Translations under genes and position numbers: made by a program | The notes under the pieces: generated by a model | What the model saw: only the letters and a program-made list of their open reading frames with translations | Told to the model about the DNA's origin: nothing | Databases searched by the model: none | Part shown: positions 62,259-64,000 of the stretch, piece by piece | How positions within the stretch are numbered: the first letter of the stretch is position 1 | How the letters are laid out: each line of letters opens with the position of its first letter | From: Chitinophagales bacterium | GTDB taxonomy: Bacteria > Bacteroidota > Bacteroidia > Chitinophagales > UBA8649 | Reading direction: 5' to 3' | DNA length: 64,000 nt | NCBI GenBank assembly: GCA_020635975.1 | Contig: JACJYT010000008.1 | Coordinates: 2,443 to 66,442 of the forward strand

Positions 62259-63590
62259 TTATCTGCCTAAGCCAAAACCCTTCATCATTTTGCTTGCAGG
62301 TCCCATATTTTGCATTTTCTTCATCATCTTACGCATTTCTTCGAATTGCTTTAAGAATTGATTTACTTCTTGCACGCTATTTCCACTACCGTCGGCAATT
62401 CTTTTTCTTCTGTTACCGTTCATTAGTTCTGGGTTCAGTCGTTCTGCTGGGGTCATACTGAAAATAATGGCCTCCACTTTATTAAAGGCATCATCACTAA
62501 TATCAATATCCTTAACTGCTTTGCCAAGACCTGGAATCATACCAAGAAGATCCTTGATATTACCCATCTTTTTAATTTGGTTTAGCTGGGTTAAAAAGTC
62601 GTTAAAGTTAAACTCGTTTTTGGCAATTTTCTTTTGTAGTTCGGCAGCATTTTTTTCATCAAATTGTTGTTGGGCTCTTTCCACAAAAGAGATGATGTCT
62701 CCCATGCCAAGAATTCTTTGAGCCATACGATCTGGATGAAAAACATCTAGCGTATCTACTTTTTCTCCAGTTGAAACAAATTTAATTGGCTTGTTAACCG
62801 TGTATTTGATCGTAAGCGCAGCACCACCACGGGTATCCCCATCTAATTTGGTTAAAACAACACCATCAAAATCTATTCTATCGTTAAAGGCCTGAGCCGT
62901 GTTAACCGCATCCTGACCCGTCATAGAATCCACTACAAAAAGTGTTTCGTCTGGCTGAACTGCTGCCTTCACCGCGGCAATTTCATTCATCATGCTTTCG
63001 TCAACCGCTAAACGACCAGCAGTATCCACAATCACCACATTATAGCCTTGCGCCTTGGCATGAGCAATTGCTTTTTCTGCAATATCTACTGGATTGGTAT
63101 TTCCTTCGTCCGAAAATACAGGAATGTTGATTCCTGCACCTAAGGTTTTTAATTGATCCACAGCGGCTGGACGATAAACATCACCTGCAACCATTAGCGG
63201 ATTTTTTCCTTTTTTCGTTTTTAGATAATGCGCTAATTTGTGGGTGAAAGTTGTTTTTCCACTTCCTTGTAAACCGGCTATGAGAATAACCGCTGGAGAG
63301 CCTTTAATATGAAATTCTGCTGCTTCACCTCCCATTAAATTGGCTAACTCATCCTTTACAATTTTAGTCATGAGTTGACCAGGAGAAACCGCAGTAAGAA
63401 CATTTTGACCTAAAGCTTCCTCTTTAATCTTGTCTGTAAATTCTTTGGCAATTTTGTAGTTAACATCCGCATCAACTAGGGCTCTTCTGATTTCTTTAAC
63501 CGTAGTTGCGATATTAAGCTCTGTTATTTTCGCTTGACCTTTAAGCGATTTAAAAGCACTTTCTAATTTATCCTGTAAATTTTCAAACAT
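62259..63590 (-). CDS. ffh: signal recognition particle protein
   Basis: GLQGSGKTT, DTAGR and TKLDGD GTPase motifs, plus a Met-rich M domain (MRKMMKKMQNM). Confidence 0.95.
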   Translation of the reverse strand: MFENLQDKLESAFKSLKGQAKITELNIATTVKEIRRALVDADVNYKIAKEFTDKIKEEALGQNVLTAVSPGQLMTKIVKDELANLMGGEAAEFHIKGSPAVILIAGLQGSGKTTFTHKLAHYLKTKKGKNPLMVAGDVYRPAAVDQLKTLGAGINIPVFSDEGNTNPVDIAEKAIAHAKAQGYNVVIVDTAGRLAVDESMMNEIAAVKAAVQPDETLFVVDSMTGQDAVNTAQAFNDRIDFDGVVLTKLDGDTRGGAALTIKYTVNKPIKFVSTGEKVDTLDVFHPDRMAQRILGMGDIISFVERAQQQFDEKNAAELQKKIAKNEFNFNDFLTQLNQIKKMGNIKDLLGMIPGLGKAVKDIDISDDAFNKVEAIIFSMTPAERLNPELMNGNRRKRIADGSGNSVQEVNQFLKQFEEMRKMMKKMQNMGPASKMMKGFGLGR

Positions 63591-63610
63591 AAATTCTATA
63601 TCGTTAAATA

Positions 63611-63626
63611 AGCAGTGTCAACTGCT
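63611..63626 (-). terminator. weak candidate terminator hairpin between gap and ffh
   Basis: On the minus strand, AGCAGT TGAC ACTGCT is followed by TATTTAACG. The stem is only 6 bp and the U-tract is poor. Confidence 0.3.
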
Positions 63627-63667
63627 AAATGTTATTTAAATATCCTATAAGTTAGCTAGCTTTATTT

Positions 63668-64000
63668 TTAGTAATACGTTAACCTTCTCACCTTTGCAAT
63701 GTATTTAGCCATACGAATAACCTGACAAGTATAACCATGTTCGTTATCGTACCAAGCGTAAACAACTACTCTTTTTCCGTTATCGCTAACAATCGTGTTG
63801 GTACTATCAATAACGGTTGCTGCAGTACTACCCACTACATCGCTACTTACGTGTTCTGGAGAAATAGAATAGTCGATTTGTTCTACCAAAGCTCCCTCTA
63901 GAGAGGCCTTTCTAAACAATTCATTAACTTCTTCTACACTAGTTGATTGTGATAAGCTAATGCTTAAAATTGCTAAAGACACATTAGGTGTAGGTACACG
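63668..64000 (-). CDS. gap: glyceraldehyde-3-phosphate dehydrogenase (C-terminal part; 5' end beyond window)
   Basis: The frame is open to position 64000. Own translation begins RVPTPNVSLAILSISL (GAPDH motif) and ends ..YAWYDNEHGYTCQVIRM... Confidence 0.8.
   Translation of the reverse strand, partial: RVPTPNVSLAILSISLSQSTSVEEVNELFRKASLEGALVEQIDYSISPEHVSSDVVGSTAATVIDSTNTIVSDNGKRVVVYAWYDNEHGYTCQVIRMAKYIAKVRRLTYY

Overview
AT-rich chromosomal segment that looks like Bacteroidota, probably Flavobacteriia-like. The taxon call rests on T9SS C-terminal sorting domains, a PorV/PorQ-like barrel next to a C25 peptidase, DUF6089 and FISUMP proteins, TAnnTTTG -7 boxes and no Shine-Dalgarno signals. Most of the window is densely packed housekeeping: dapD, miaA, lpxK, leuS, dnaX, ffh, maeB-type malic enzyme, PNP, CCA enzyme, a partial gap and one tRNA-Lys(UUU). 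I saw no rRNA, CRISPR, transposase or integrase. All family names come from motifs I recognise by eye, and no database search was run. Five things stand out. (1) leuS carries an in-frame 474-nt cassette, bounded by GC-rich inverted repeats, that encodes a complete DUF559/Vsr-like endonuclease domain at the entry to the editing domain. (2) Four collinear, strictly phase-locked 8-bp-period repeat arrays (10-27 units) fill the intergenic spaces around two tandem, mosaic T9SS-cargo paralogs. They are rich in TCGA and CTAG palindromes. (3) A 1695-aa C25 (PorU-like) peptidase with its own T9SS tail is translationally coupled to a PorV/PorQ-like barrel, in the reverse of the classical porU-porV order. 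(4) One ORF fuses an AttH/CrtC-like domain to a type-III GGPP-synthase-like domain. (5) dnaX has an A10 run with stops 3 and 5 codons away in the two alternative frames, which would give a gamma-type product. Lesser oddities are an ABC-F protein with one fully degenerate ATP site, a DUF3127 OB-fold protein with an SSB-like acidic DDLPF tip, and a small lipoprotein with two Cys-bracketed DxDxDG loops.
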